A program made the position numbers and the translations under genes. Below the pieces are notes generated by a model. It was given only the letters and a program-made list of their open reading frames with translations. It was not told the origin of the DNA and did not search any database. Of a stretch of DNA of 64,000 bases, positions 50,901-64,000 are shown one piece after another. The stretch covers positions 1,364,001 through 1,428,000 of the forward strand of contig NW_025767657.1 of NCBI RefSeq assembly GCF_003918875.1, in the 5' to 3' direction. Origin of the DNA: Haliotis rubra (lineage: Eukaryota). How positions within the stretch are numbered: the stretch's first letter is position 1; each line of letters starts with the position of its first letter.

Positions 50901-53644
50901 AGTCTTCTTTGGTCACAACTACTGCCCGGGGGGTAAGGCAAACTTCTTTTAGTGAGTGAGTATGGTTTTACGCCGCTTTTAGCAATATTCCAGCAATATC
51001 GCGGCTGGTACATCATAAATGGGCTTCATACATTTTACCCATGTATGGAATCGAACCCGGGTCTTCGGTGTGACGAGCGAACGCCTTAACCACTAGTCTA
51101 CGCCACCGCCCCAAAACTAGTTGTTGCCGAAAGACGCAGGTATCACCTCAGAAACCAATAAACCAACACATCACATGGTTTTGTCATCCCAGTTTGTTCA
51201 AGAAGTTCCAATACGACGGCTATGCTTAAAAAGGCGACTAACGGGATCGGATGGTCAGGCTCGCTGACGTATCGCATTTGCATCGCATTTGCGTAGATCA
51301 GTGCTCATGCTGTTGATCACTGGATTGTCTGGTCCAGACTCGATTATTTACAGACCGCCTCCATATAGCTGGAATATTGTCGAGTGTGGCGTTAAACAAC
51401 AAATCAACCAACCTAAAAATAACGTTATTGGAAATAACGCAACGATTCTTGATGAAGGTGTACCAGTTAGAAGTGAGCATCAACAAATACGTTCTGTTTT
51501 GTTGGTATTTTTAGATGTTGATGAATAACAGGAAAGGTATGATACTTTATGAATGATGGTGTGTGTGTGCATAAAATCACTCTTAAGGGGATAACTCATC
51601 GGTAAAGTTACCGTTAGATATCTACGGGGTTTACACATCCACTTCAGGAGCCTCGCCATTTGTCAGAATACATGACTGATTCTTGCGGACAAATCGTGAT
51701 GTGGCATTTGTTCTTCCAGGTATTTATACAACATACAATAATTTCTACAATTAGGTTTACCAGGATCATATTTACATATATGTTGTATTCATGTGGAAAG
51801 TCTTAGCTATTGTGTAAAATAGTAAGTGATAGAATGGCGGGTTTCACGGACGCCGTCACCGGTTATGACGTTGTCAGTAATTTGCTATTAGATAAAACCA
51901 GGAATTACAGTTGTAAATAGGTTTGATATATGTAAAAATTCGAAGGATGGTAAGTTTCATTGATTTATTTGTTATTTTAATAAGCCAAATACTTGCAAGT
52001 GCAAAGCAGATAATCTGGATCGAGTTATCCCCCTGTCCGCTAGGTATCGTAAAATCAAGATGGCTGCGCCCACGGTTGTTGAATCGTTATTGTTAACGCT
52101 CATTAGTGTTTACACTGATTATGGTTCTACAAAGGCAAAGTACATATATTTTGGGTTGAACATCATAAACGACAAGTGCTTTGTTTACGCATATAATAAA
52201 CTCTCAATATTTGTTAGATTGAATGAATAATAAAACTTTTCAGTCGATGTGCTTAAACATTTAAATCATGATGTTTTTTTATGAATTATAATGTGTAGTT
52301 TCATAACATGTAATGTTATTATCTTTAAATATCAATGTCACTGTTTATAAATTCATTATAAATCATAACAGTAGTAACTAAGTTGACCACGGTGCCTTTG
52401 ATGCAATGACTTAAAGAGTTATAATTACATAAGTAGTTATAATGCAAACAAGTAATGATAAATATGTCATAATCACCAAAATTAATTGCTTGTGTAATTA
52501 TCATTTTATGCATTTGTAATTAAGTTTGATAAGTTCATGATTAAGGTTAAGATACAAGCAAGTTGAAGTTGTTTTATTTTATTGTGTAGAATTCTTGTAA
52601 CTTTCATGGAGAAATAATACCCCTAGACGATAATCATTGAAAGTATTGTGTAAAGATCAGTACAGCATGCTGTTGAAATAAGATTGTACTCAAGTACTAA
52701 TGTATACCCTGTCATGTACTTATTGTGAGTGTCACTCACACCCCTTCAGGAGCCTCGCCATTTGTCAGAATACATGGACTGCCTTGCGAACCATTTGTCA
52801 TTTAGAATACATGATGTGATATTTTGTATGGATTAAACTTTACTTTTTAATTTCTCTCCGCAACATTCCAGGTCATCAGTTCACCTGATGAAGGGACCTG
52901 GAATGTCATTTGTTCTAATCATAAACTTGGACAAAATCTTGATATGTCATTTGTTCTTCCACCTACCCACACACCTACCTGATATCAATGAACCCGAGGG
53001 ATGCAACATTGTTATACAATTACCTGTATCATTATGTTCACAATATTCCAATATCTCTTAAATTATCCAGCCCTATTAACCACTCTAATTCACGAACAGG
53101 GAACGTAACTCGTATCTTCTGACTAACAAAGTGAGCGAGTGAGGTTTTACGCGCTTTCAGAAATATTCCACATGCTTCCAAGTATAATAAATCATTTTTG
53201 TGTTTTGTAATGTCATCGCCTGCTTGACTTGGAAATGTACGAATTCGTTTTTCCAACAATGGCTTTTCAAAAGAAAGCATCAGCTGTTAATGTCTCCATA
53301 ACAAGCGTTGACCAATCAAAGGGCTTGCTTCGACCACACCCCCGTTGTGTGCGGACCTATCGTCATCCATTTGTGATTACGACGTTCAGTTGAGGGTCAA
53401 AATCGGCTTTCAATAGACTAGGCACACAAGAAATGGCATCACAGATGGTGTCGAAATCGAACCCCGGCACCATTCTAAACTATTTTACCATTAGGCTACT
53501 TTCACCAAGTGGAGGGGATAATAATGCTTCGTACAAAGATGCTTCTGTTTTCCAGTTCTGGTTTTCAACGAAAAGCGCCAGTACTGCGACTGGGCCTACA
53601 ATGTTGAAGCGCCATGTGGTTCTCACGTGGGTGTGATTGGCTAA
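46408..53644 (+). CDS. Second chitin-binding (CBM14) paralog, ~136 aa; exons 46408-46435, 47650-47797, 50788-50932, 53556-53644; apparent 1-nt deletion at ~50797
   Basis: MWTHGILIFSAALLLVCG-KHDVFEYTC...CNSTEVFSPVDAKC / KWPCDTDIDC...CKTYYTCLGG...CPG / VLVFNEKRQYCDW...PCGSHVGVIG*. First and last exon sizes (28, 89) match paralog 1. Total 410 nt is one short of frame. Confidence 0.85.
46760..47457. repeat. ~33-bp minisatellite interrupted by nested SINE copies (46918-47232)
   Basis: GAGATTTAACATGG recurs every ~33 bp on both sides of the SINE. Confidence 0.88.
47895..47961. repeat. (GT)n microsatellite
   Basis: Read directly from the sequence. Confidence 0.98.
48550..48711 (+). mobile_element. 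tRNA-derived SINE, full-length, with 12-bp TSD (other copies 50952-51113 and 54128-54274, minus)
   Basis: A box TAGCCTAGTGG, B box GGTTCGATTCC, tail GCTGGAATATTGCTAAAAGCGGCGTAAAACTAAACTC, TSD TCAAACGCACTC. Confidence 0.95.
49210..49613. repeat. Pyrimidine-rich degenerate tandem repeat (TCTATCCATTT-like)
   Basis: Read directly from the sequence. Confidence 0.85.
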
Positions 53645-55414
53645 CAGACTACATCCGGGTGTCACAACTACCACCATTCGTCGTTATTGTTACTGAATGT
53701 CATATCAAGCGTTTGAATGTGGATGTCGATCCTTTGGTATCCAAAGCTTAGGATCAAATAAAGACTTTTAAGCATATGTGTTTTATTTAATGTCCCCATG
53801 AATACATAAATGTACGCATGCCAATACATGACAAGGAGGAGTGAGTAGTTTAGTTTTACGCCGCAAGCAACATCCCAGCTATATGGCGGCGGTCCGTAAA
53901 TAATCGAGTCTGGACCAGACAATCCAGTGATCAACAGCATGAGCATCGATCTGCTCAATTCGGAACCGATGACATGTATCAACCAAGTCAGCGAAACTGA
54001 CCACCCGATCCCGTTAGTCGCCTTTTAGGACAAGCATAGTCGCCTTTTATGGCCAGCACATGGGTTGCTGAAGGCCTATTCCTACCCCGGATCTTCACGG
54101 GTCACATGACAAGGAAGAACCGCCAATGGATATTGCTTTTAGCAATATTCCTGCAACATCACAGCAGGGGACACAGAAATGGGCTTCAAAACACTGTACC
54201 CATGTGGGGAAATGAACCCGGCCCTTCGGCGAACGAGACGAACGCTTTCACCACAGGGCTACCTCATCGTCCCTTCACACAAACGACATGGAACAATTAT
54301 AGTTAGGAGACCAAAGAAAAGAGACATTAAATTGCGGCGGTTACCATGTATTCATTGTTGTCATGCTCAGCTATATTCATGCTCCATGACCGCAGTCTGT
54401 AAAGGAGACATACGCAATTGGGATGGAATGACATGCACCAATCTAGTCAACGAGCGTGACCAACTCCTTCCGTTAGTCGCCTCTTACGATGACACACACA
54501 GTCAAAGGGGTTTAACTTTCTTAAATAGAAGCGACAAAACCCTTCCACATCCATAAAGAAATATCAGGTAAAAGCAGAGTACATTGTACAATTGTGATCA
54601 TATCACAAGTATATATAGTATATATTTGATTCATCAGTAATGTTGAACCAGACAATCCAGTGATTGTCACCAAGCAATACGATGACAGCATGTGTTTATG
54701 AATCACTATGAAAGTGATGATACCAGGTGTATCCTGCCCCACCGGTGGCAAACGGCATAAACATATGCTAAGTCAAGGCAATTAATTGTTCACCAGAATT
54801 AATTCGGGAGGTCATTCTACCACAGCGGGCAAAACCATGTCTTAATGGCTTTTTAAAAAATAAATTTCTTAAGATTTAAGTAAGTTTCATAAAAATGCAA
54901 TAATGAAATCCCTGCATTTTCATATATACCAGTAATAAAAAAATTATATCATGAAACATTTGTATTAATTTAATCATTTCGACACAATAAGCTGTTTTTT
55001 TAATATGTGTAGACCACATTTTTTTTACATATAACGTCGATATTACCACTGTCTTGTTAAAAGCCCTGAGTAAGACGAATAACCTTTTATCCTTTAATAA
55101 CAACACTTTACCAAATAACAGTGTCAATACCGGAACACCCTATTTGCTACGCCCTGTGACAAAGGGAGGTAACTCTACTAGTTAAACATGGATGACATGA
55201 TGGCTGCTTGTACCAGTGGAGAAGTAGAACATGTCGAATTACAACATAAACCGGGCTGATGAACGAGTATGTTTATTCATTGTCATTACCGCAGACCATC
55301 AATCCGAAATCTTCAGTGAATACAAATGAAACAAAACATCAGTGTGATTAGAAATGGTCTAAGCTAGCTAACAGGGAGTTCATGGAGGTGGTGAAATGTA
55401 TGTTTGCTGAGTAA

Positions 55415-57505
55415 GGCCCTTTTTTTTATTAATTGGTTTACGGATCCGCCGACCCTAATATTTGGCAATGGCAAATAAAAATAAAATTTCAATGAGAAGA
55501 GTTTTTTATTACCGCCGAGTCCTGGGTATCAAAACCTACATTAAAAAAAAAGATCGACTGAAATACCCGATATTAAAATCAGTCATCTATCTGCACTGGT
55601 TCAGAAATAAATATTTCACTTGTAGAAAAATCGCGGGCACGACTACGAATCAATAACAATGTCTGGAAACACTTATTACATTTCAAATGACCATATATTA
55701 TCGACAGAATTAGAAATATAAGATATTTTTCGCAATGTTATTGAAAAAACGATTCTCGGACACATGCTTCGGCAAACGGGTCCACATCAAAGTTGTCAAA
55801 GAACAAAGTAACGATGTTTCGAGATAATAATTAAACAAATTGAATAAACTGAAGAATATATTCAATAACAGTACTCATAAAAGTTGTCAAACGTACATTA
55901 TAACTTACTATTTCCATCTTTATTGTGCGATCGTGTAATGTAATTCAAGTGACATCTCGGCTTTCGTCGCCTCGAACTTCGCGCTCGGACACGATGTTTA
56001 ATGCTAAAATATATGCATGAAGCATTTTTGTCACAGGTCATAACCTAGCACGATACGTCCATTAAGGTCATAATATACGCATAGGTAGTGATCTTGTGCG
56101 TAACACGTTCGGAATAGCATGATTTTACCCAAAACTTTCATCTGAATCTAAAAGTTTTCCTATACGAGGACGGTATCCATTGCTGTAGTATGATTGGCTG
56201 CCTTAGGTCACGTGTGTGATTTTGACCAATCACGATCCTCGTAGCAGACTATGACAGAAAAGCGTCATTAGAAACCAATCTTTATCCAATAAAATCGCTT
56301 CTTACAACTGTGAAAATACTCTTGGCAAGGGTACAGTGATATTGTTGATGTTCAGAGCTTCGAACGATACCCACCATCAAACGAATGGCCTCACATGTTT
56401 TTCATACGAAGCTTCGAAAACGGAGGTATTTCCCATTGTTGTATCACGTTACCGAGCGGAAAGCCACTGGTATCGGGAAATAGACGACCATACATATTAT
56501 TTGAGAAATCTGTTTGTAATAGTTTTCCGATGACGTAAACATGAAAATATAAAAGAAAAACGTAAGGGGATAATTATGACATGTTACAAATGGAAAAAAT
56601 CGCCGCATTTTTTGCTTCCTTCGTTGTTTATCAGGACCTTATAAATGTGTAAGCTTGCATTTTCATTAAATAATAACTTATTTACGTTGCAGTTGTATTA
56701 TTTGAATAATATGATCATATCCATCTGTCATGACTGAATTAAATTATGCCAAAACATATTGTGTGTTTGTTTGTTATGATACCACACCTCTGTCAAATTA
56801 ATTTTGGTTTATTAACGATTGAAATTTGAGGACTACCAAAATTGTTACTACTGTGGCGACGATGATGCGGCCATTATGTGAAACATGTCTGCAGACTGGA
56901 AAGCAGCCTGCAGTGCCAAATGCCCTAAAAGTGGGACCAAAGAAGAAAGTCATTGATTTCTGCATTTTGTAAATAAATAAGCAACAAGTCAAAGACGACT
57001 GGGCAGTATTAAAGTCAGTAGTGAATATGTCCCTTGTTTGTACTTTCATTTTATTAAATATAAAGGATATTTCATGTTTCCAGTGCAATATCAGTTACCT
57101 CTCATCTCATAAGGGAGAAAGGCTGATATTTGAAGAGATATTACACTGGAAACATGACAAATCCTTTACATTCGATGCTTCAAAGATGGAAAAGAGGCAT
57201 GTCCAGACTGTCCATACCATTGTTGCACTGTCACCAAGCAACGACTATTAAATGATGTCAGGTTGATTGTAATAGTGAGGTACCGCATTCTACAGGTGAT
57301 GTCAACATATTTTTGAAAACTCAGTCATTCACTCTTATGATTCACAATAATTATTCTTCTCTTACAATATCAAAATTTGGATTATTTTTTTTAATAAAAA
57401 TGTTGAGACAAACACTTTTAATTTTATTTTTATTTTTATTTCGACCACCGACCCTAGTTATTTTGGAAAAAAATCCGTAAACCAATTAATTAAAAAAAAA
57501 CGGCC
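55415..57505. mobile_element. 2.1-kb non-autonomous PIF/Harbinger-like DNA transposon
   Basis: TAA|GGCCCTTTTTTTTATTAATTGGTTTACGGAT ... ATCCGTAAACCAATTAATTAAAAAAAAACGGCC|TAA. Confidence 0.85.
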
Positions 57506-57672
57506 TAAGGCCATAATTCCACAACAGATCTAACTGACTGGAAGAGGTTAAAGAAATTTCAGTTATGACTCTTCATAAGATTATAATAAGAGTATTAACC
57601 TCGTGTGTTTCCGTATCATTAATATGATATATTAGGAATAAAAAAATGTATGTATATGTACTTTTTATTACA

Positions 57673-58389
57673 GGTATAATTCGCCACATCAAATCTACAA
57701 CATTGACGACAAAGGAATAGTGGAAAATCACAGCCCTCCGTCAGCTGTGTCATCGAGTCAAACGACACCATACGCCGTCACCAACCCTAGATCAAACACA
57801 ACTACAGTTATAGGGTGGGGCAGTGCTTCCGGGGCCGTAGTACCCCGTTTTTCGTCTTCAAGGGAAAATGAATGCGTGAGGAATATTTGGAAGGGTCGAC
57901 ACCCGGAACCTCAGGCACCGTGTTTGATTCTGGTTGGTCGAACAGAGATTTTTCATCATTATCTTGAGCATCACTTCTTGAAGGCTCCGCGTCAGCGACT
58001 CCTGACAGTCCCTAACATATTGTATGTATGCAGCCACCTACCTACCAAGAAAAAAATAAAAGAGGTAAGATAATAAACCCAAAGAAAATCAACACCTACA
58101 GTTAGTGTACAACCTGTTCAAAGTACGTCGGGAATTGAAGTTTGTCGACAAAATGAAAGTGTCTTCCGATTCCGACACTGATATTACAGACGTCGAGGTG
58201 TGTTGTCAGTGTAACAAATTAACCCCTGAACAAGTGATGGGATGTGGTACCGTCGTGTTTGTGTCATGGGTCCAGTGTACTCACCCTTCACGCTGTCATT
58301 GGGTCCACCTCAAGCTGTGCACCCCCGTACGTGTTGTGAGATCTTCTGATGAGTTTTGGTGCCCTTGTCACCACGAACCGGAGGAGTGA
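57673..58389 (+). pseudogene. pogo-type DDE_1 transposase relic with C-terminal PHD finger (internally deleted)
   Basis: PHQIYNIDDKG...TTVIGWGSASGAVVP..VFKGK; DSGWSNREIFHHYLEHHF; CCQC...WVQC...CHWVHLKLC...FWCPCH. Confidence 0.85.
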
Positions 58390-58879
58390 AACATTGCTTG
58401 GACATGTGATGTAACTAGCAACAATTGTTCACGATTAACTTTGACATGAAATTATTACGACTACAGTTTCTAATCATTATTATTGGAAATATTACAAAGA
58501 TTCGTTTTGGACTGGACGGTTATCAACTTTATATAGTGAAAACATCAGCATAGCACGTATACTGTTATTAGAGTTATGTTTTACGGAGAACCAATGAAGT
58601 GAACGAAAACAGATGACGTCACTTCCGCATTCTCGATCTTTGCATAGCGAAGTATGAGACCTGCGGTGCTGTTGATACACGAGGTAAATCCGTCAGAGGT
58701 TTGGATATCATAATATATAACAAACAAACGAGGCAGGATCGTTTATTATCGATTTATTCATGCACATTATGTTACGTTGGCCGGCAATCCTTATATGACC
58801 GAATACACAAGGATGGTATTATTTATATAGTGGAAAAGTGTAATCTAATTGCTTCTGGGAATAATTAAAAGACATGATT

Positions 58880-59630
58880 TTGAAAGACCTCAGACCTGTC
58901 TTGGTCGATATTAGTAACACTCGTCCCAACATTGTCTCTCTCTGTGTACTTCATCAGTGATGAGCCAACAACACAATATCGGAGTAAGAAGAACTTCGAT
59001 GCCTTTAGCACAATCATCCATGATCTTGGTTTCAAAAGAGGAGATTGGGACTTTCTGGAGGCTGGTCATGGCAAGGGGGTATGCTGATGGCGTCGGGGCG
59101 GCAATAAAGAGGAACGCCGACAGTTTTGTCAGACACGGAACTGATATTCCGCACAGTAAAGCCCTCTTCCAGCAGATGAAAAGATACCCTTCGAATGTGC
59201 AGATATATTTCATCACCAAAGAGACACCGAGATGTGAGCGAGTGGGTATGATTTTAGCAATATTCCATTCATGTGAATGCTCTGAACCTTTTCGAGTGAA
59301 ATCTCATCAACAGAAGAGTCTTCAAAGCCTGTCAATGGACTGTAACAGGGATCACCGATGAGCTTAAAGGAAATGGTGTGTTGTCGTCTATGATAGCCTG
59401 CCCTACCCAGGTGTTTAGGATGCACGGGGTGGTGAGGTTGAAGTCATGGTGACGCATAGACTTGGCGACAACAGGTTATTCTGGCAGTCTCTTCTCCCGG
59501 ACATACTTTGGTAGGATCAGAAGTAAATCATTAATTTAATTCCACCTTCTACTCTAGTCGTAAGAAGACATCACCAGATAAATAAAAAAATCTGGAAAGC
59601 TATCCAAAAGTATGTGGATGAATTGTATTG
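58880..59630 (+). pseudogene. DDE transposase relic, probably Sola2-like
   Basis: WDFLEAGHGKG-ADGVGAAIKR across a frameshift (~59045-59112). Superfamily assignment is from a recalled HGKxxxDG motif. Confidence 0.6.
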
Positions 59631-61682
59631 ATGTCAACACAGGATTTTGCCAGTAAGGATTAATACTAAATATTAAATACAGAAACCTAGTTACTACTAA
59701 TATTGTACTATCATTATTTATCAACAATTATTCAATGCTACAGTTCTGATGTTAAAAGAGTTACATTGCGAAGTTTATGGAATTACAACAAATATTTAAT
59801 ACATGTGCAGCATCTGCCCAGCAATAATGCAGTTTGTCCATCGATGATTTCTAACTAAAAGAAAGAGCATAGAGATAGAGGCAAACTACAGGTGGAGAAA
59901 TGAAACTCAAATTTCAATTCAAGGAATTAGCCATCTGTTAGTTGGTTGTTAATTAACGCCGCACTCAGCTATATGGCTGGACCAGACATGGCAGTGATCA
60001 ATAGCATGATCATCGATCTACGCAATTGGGAAACGATGACGCGACAACCAAGTCAGCGAGTCTTACCACCCGATCCCGTTATTCGCCTCTTACGACAAGC
60101 ATGGTTTACTGAAGTGGTCTGACCAGAATCTTTACGGGTCTATTCATCAAGGAAAGGGTTCAGTATTTCAGTCTACATGTTTGGTGTTTTGAATAGTTTA
60201 GTTTTGTTCAAAAACACAAGTTGCATGTTAAAGTTTATTCCAGTACAACAAAGCGAGTATATCAATAAGGACCATCTTACATAATATATGTTATTGTTGT
60301 TGACAGCGCGCCAGTTAGGCCCTGTGCGAGGATTCTCAATTTAGGGTCACAGACACCGCCGTTTGTTTCTTCAGTCTTAAATTTTATCGTAATTATCCTT
60401 AGAAAGCAAGCGTCCCTCGTGTTTTCTTTAACCATATAATAGTTCAGGGCAAAAAGTGTGTTTTATTACACTATACATGGTGGTAGAGCGTAGCGTGCTT
60501 CTTTAAATCAATCACCGTTATTTCAATTCAGATTTTATACAACAAACTTCGACTCAACATCGTAGGACCCGTGGAAGATCCGGGGGTAGAATAGGTCTTC
60601 GCGCAAACCCATGTGCTTCTGCCGCAAAAAGTTTACTATCTTGTCGTAAGAGGCGACTATTAACGGGATCGGGGGTGGTCAGTTTCATTGACTTGGTTTC
60701 GATTACGCTGTCATCGGTTCCCAAATTGCGCAGATCGATGCTCCAAGTGCTGTTGATCACTGGATTGTCTCTGGTCCAGACTCGATTATTTACAGACCGC
60801 CGCCATAGCTGGAATATTGCTGATCGTAGGATCGACTAACGGGATCGGGTGGTCAGGCTCGCTGACTGGGTTGACACATCTCATCGTATCCCAATTACGC
60901 AGATCGATGCTCATGCTGTTGATCCGTGGATGATTGTCAGGTCCAGATCCGATTATTTACAGACCGCCGCCATGTAGCTGGAATATTGCTGAATGCGGCG
61001 TAAAACTAAACTCACTCGGATATGGCGTAGCAGACTCAACTGAGTCTCCAGAACAGAGCGCTTTTGAGTGAGTGAGTGACTTAAAATTTAAAGTCACTTT
61101 GGCAATATTTCAGCCATATCGTGACTAAAGTAAGTTATAGTTGAAGAATAATTAAAGGTAAATTATTTACACCTGTCCACGAAGGACAGTAAAACAACTA
61201 GAAAATCACAGTTATAAATGTAAAACTAGTAATTAAATCTAAAACATTTTAATGATAAAGGACAATACAATATAAAAACAGGCTGAAGATTGCCAACAAC
61301 TGACAGGGCGCTTTTGAATCAAATAAAATATCTAAGGCTGCAATGTGTAAGCAATGGTACAGATCAGATTGTATTGTTTGATGGGGTCCAATTCGTAGTT
61401 AAACCGGTCTATGTTTGTTGATTTCTTGATTGTTTTTGTACGTTTTTTTCTCGTTGGGTGTGTCCATTTTGATAAATCGATCTGTGTAGCCTTTCCGAGT
61501 TCATTATTCAAATTTAAGCCTTTGTAAACATGAAATACAAATATAAAATAATGAGCGAGTTAAAATTTAAAGTTCCAGTATTTGAGCCAGCATATATAAC
61601 GTAACTAAATGTAAAACTAGTCACAATTAATAACTATCAAATACGTCTTCCGGCATAAAGTCTTGTGAACGTGGTGGGTAAA

Positions 61683-63054
61683 TCAGAACTGCGAATGCAG
61701 GGACGAAGGAGGTACTCTTTCGGAATCAAAACATTCGCATCCAGTCTGAAGTTCCAGGATCACTTTCTCATACGTGTAATAGCCGTGATCATTACATCCG
61801 TCCCTACGTTGAAAAACTACTTGCTTGTGGTCGATTCTATTGCACCGGCCTGCGTTATCGCCAAGTAACCTATTACAGTTACAGGAATATTTCTCAATTC
61901 TCTCTGGAATTCGACCAGGAACCTCGTTAATCGCACACGTACATTCCCTTCTAGATGACCCATGACAGAGGTCAGTGACGTTGGTTTCTCTCTCACTTGC
62001 GCTTCTAAGAGCCCGAATTCCTGGCGACTCCAGACAGGTAGTAGCACTGCATTGAGTTGTGACGGTTGTGAACAGTCCTCCGTGGAAGAGTAGCACTGAA
62101 AGCAGCACCTGTAATTAACGGAGCAAGATAAGAATAAAGAACTGTTTCGACTTAAAGGCTTTATGCGATTTTAGGCTCAGCTTGACAGATCATCACTCTC
62201 GATGCATTTAATATTTAGTCGTATGGAATTTAAAAAAAAACAGAATGTACATTAAAAGTGTAAAAAATGACAAAAGTGAGTGAATTTAGTTTTAGGCCGC
62301 ACTCAGCAATGTTCCAGCTATAAGGCGGCGGTCTGTAAATAATCGAGCCTGGACCAGACAATCCAGTTATCTACAGCATGATCATCGATCTACGCAATGT
62401 GTCAAGTAGGTCAGCGAGTCTGACAACCCGATCCCGTTAGTCGCCCTCGTTTCATTGATGGGTCAAATTCCTGTGGCGTTCTGTTAATAATCGAGTGTGA
62501 ACCAGACAACCCATGATCAACATCATAAGCATCGATCCATTGTGAGAAGCTGACTCGTGTCAGCTGATTTTAGACTCGGTAAAATATTTTCCTTGTTTCA
62601 CATGACCCAACCGGTCCAATCACTATGTGACGATTTCGTATTGGCCATTCTACACACGAAGATAAGGATCCTCCTTTGTATACCCAATGATGAAAGAATC
62701 ACGGTACAGCTTGTTCTGCTTTGACTGTGTTGAATTTTCCACCACAAGGGAAAAAGATATTTAATGTGGAAACAGTCGGGTGATCTTTTAAATAATGTGA
62801 GTTTTCGTATAATTATTTATTTTAAAAAAATATATAATTGTTTAAAAAATGTGATTAATATGTTGTATTATTATATAAATAGCACAATAGCCAACAGCTG
62901 AAGTGATGGTGTAAATCTACATAGGGTTTATGCAGGAAGCAGTTTATGAATGAGTTAAAATTTAAAGCCACCTATCGCAATCATACAGCTGGAATATCAC
63001 CGAGTGTGGCGTAGAACAACACGAAAACAGACTCACCGCCCTAAAGTTAATCAT
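61683..63054 (-). CDS. Interleukin-17-like cystine-knot secreted protein, 147 aa; exons 63037-63054 and 61683-62108
   Basis: MINFRA|VLLSVLLFHGGLFTT signal peptide (phase-0 GTGAGT...TTACAG intron), NEVPGRIPERIEKYSCNC...C..I....VFQRRDGC...Y.YEKV....TGCEC. TATATAA at 63141-63147 (minus). Confidence 0.85.
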
Positions 63055-64000
63055 TTTGTTCTTGAACAGTTTTCGTTCTTCAAGTCGCCGCAGTACTGCC
63101 ACAGTGCTGGTTCTGTAACTTTATGACAGCTACCGACTTATTATATACACAACCAGCCTATACATGGCTGATTACAACACATCCTGCTCCAAACCCTGAA
63201 GAAGGAAGAGATGGATTGTTCGAGGAATACGTTTGAAATTGATACAATTCAGAAATTTTCCCGAGACGTGGAATATTTCGTATATGACACGGCTGACATT
63301 ATTTTATGTTAATTAGTGATGCCCAATATGTTTAAAACCATGGCTGCCGATCTGATCATCATGACATGCGAAGTTATGAGTTAAAAACATCCGGGTTAGA
63401 ACTAGTCTTCCGCAACCTATGCTTGACGTACTAGGCGACTAACGGGATCGGGTGGTACGGTTCGATGACTTGTATCCCAACTGCGTTATAACGATGCTTA
63501 TGATTTGAATCACTGGATTGTCTGGTCTATTCTCGAATATTTACAGATCAGCGCCACATAGCTGGGCTATTAACGGGTGCGGCGTTAAGCAACAAACACA
63601 GCAGAAAACTGCTTATATTGATTAAACTTTCGCTGTAATATTTTGTTGATATTTTCATGTACATGTATACATATATTATATATACACAAATTCTCACAGA
63701 ATATACAACTTTGACATACATAGTGGAGGGTTTTCTTAAATCTGTAAGCGGAATAGAAAAACACTTCCTGCTTGGTTATATGGCTTTTGGTGAAACGTGG
63801 GTTGTATAGTGCTAGTATATTAATCCCGAAGTTTTGTTACGTATACTGTCCTTTGTATGCTGGTTTTAAAACATATACTCAAATCCATAATTACACAAAG
63901 TTACACTCCAAAGCAAGGCTTCATATACCCATATTAACACCACAATATCATCTGTAACAATTTACAATTTAGAACATTGACTGTAAACAATATCCTTTGC

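Noticed and set aside
51585-52034. Inverted AGGGGATAACTC / GAGTTATCCCC pair as TIRs
   Set aside because: Short, no TSD, and similar motifs occur singly elsewhere in the window.
52880-52910. CTGATGAAGG hammerhead core
   Set aside because: No downstream stem or GAAAC; at most a scrambled Penelope pLTR remnant.

Overview
AT-rich, repeat-dense animal genomic DNA. The (ACTC)n-tailed SINE families and the TE spectrum suggest a gastropod mollusc such as abalone (inference from recalled repeat types, not searched). 1-13257 is a tandem array of a ~5.8-kb composite unit (two full periods plus part of a third). Each unit holds a Helitron-like element with a 93-bp minisatellite, a decayed SWIM/YqaJ exonuclease gene, and a GC-rich intronless zinc-finger + TatD DNase cassette followed by an LTR-like promoter. 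Copy 1 also carries a fold-back Penelope insertion. 13-37 kb is a TE graveyard: RNase H LINE pieces, a Kolobok-like MITE, a complete but decayed Harbinger inside a pogo relic, a hAT MITE, an LTR-like segment with a zinc-finger ORF, and satellites. Three spliced host genes were reconstructed by hand: two tandem 4-exon secreted chitin-binding (CBM14) paralogs (37432-42888, 46408-53644) and a 2-exon IL-17-like gene (61683-63054, minus strand). The best candidate for a novel system is the mobile, amplified ZnF-TatD cassette with a downstream promoter and splice donor; a second LTR-like element in the window shows the same layout.
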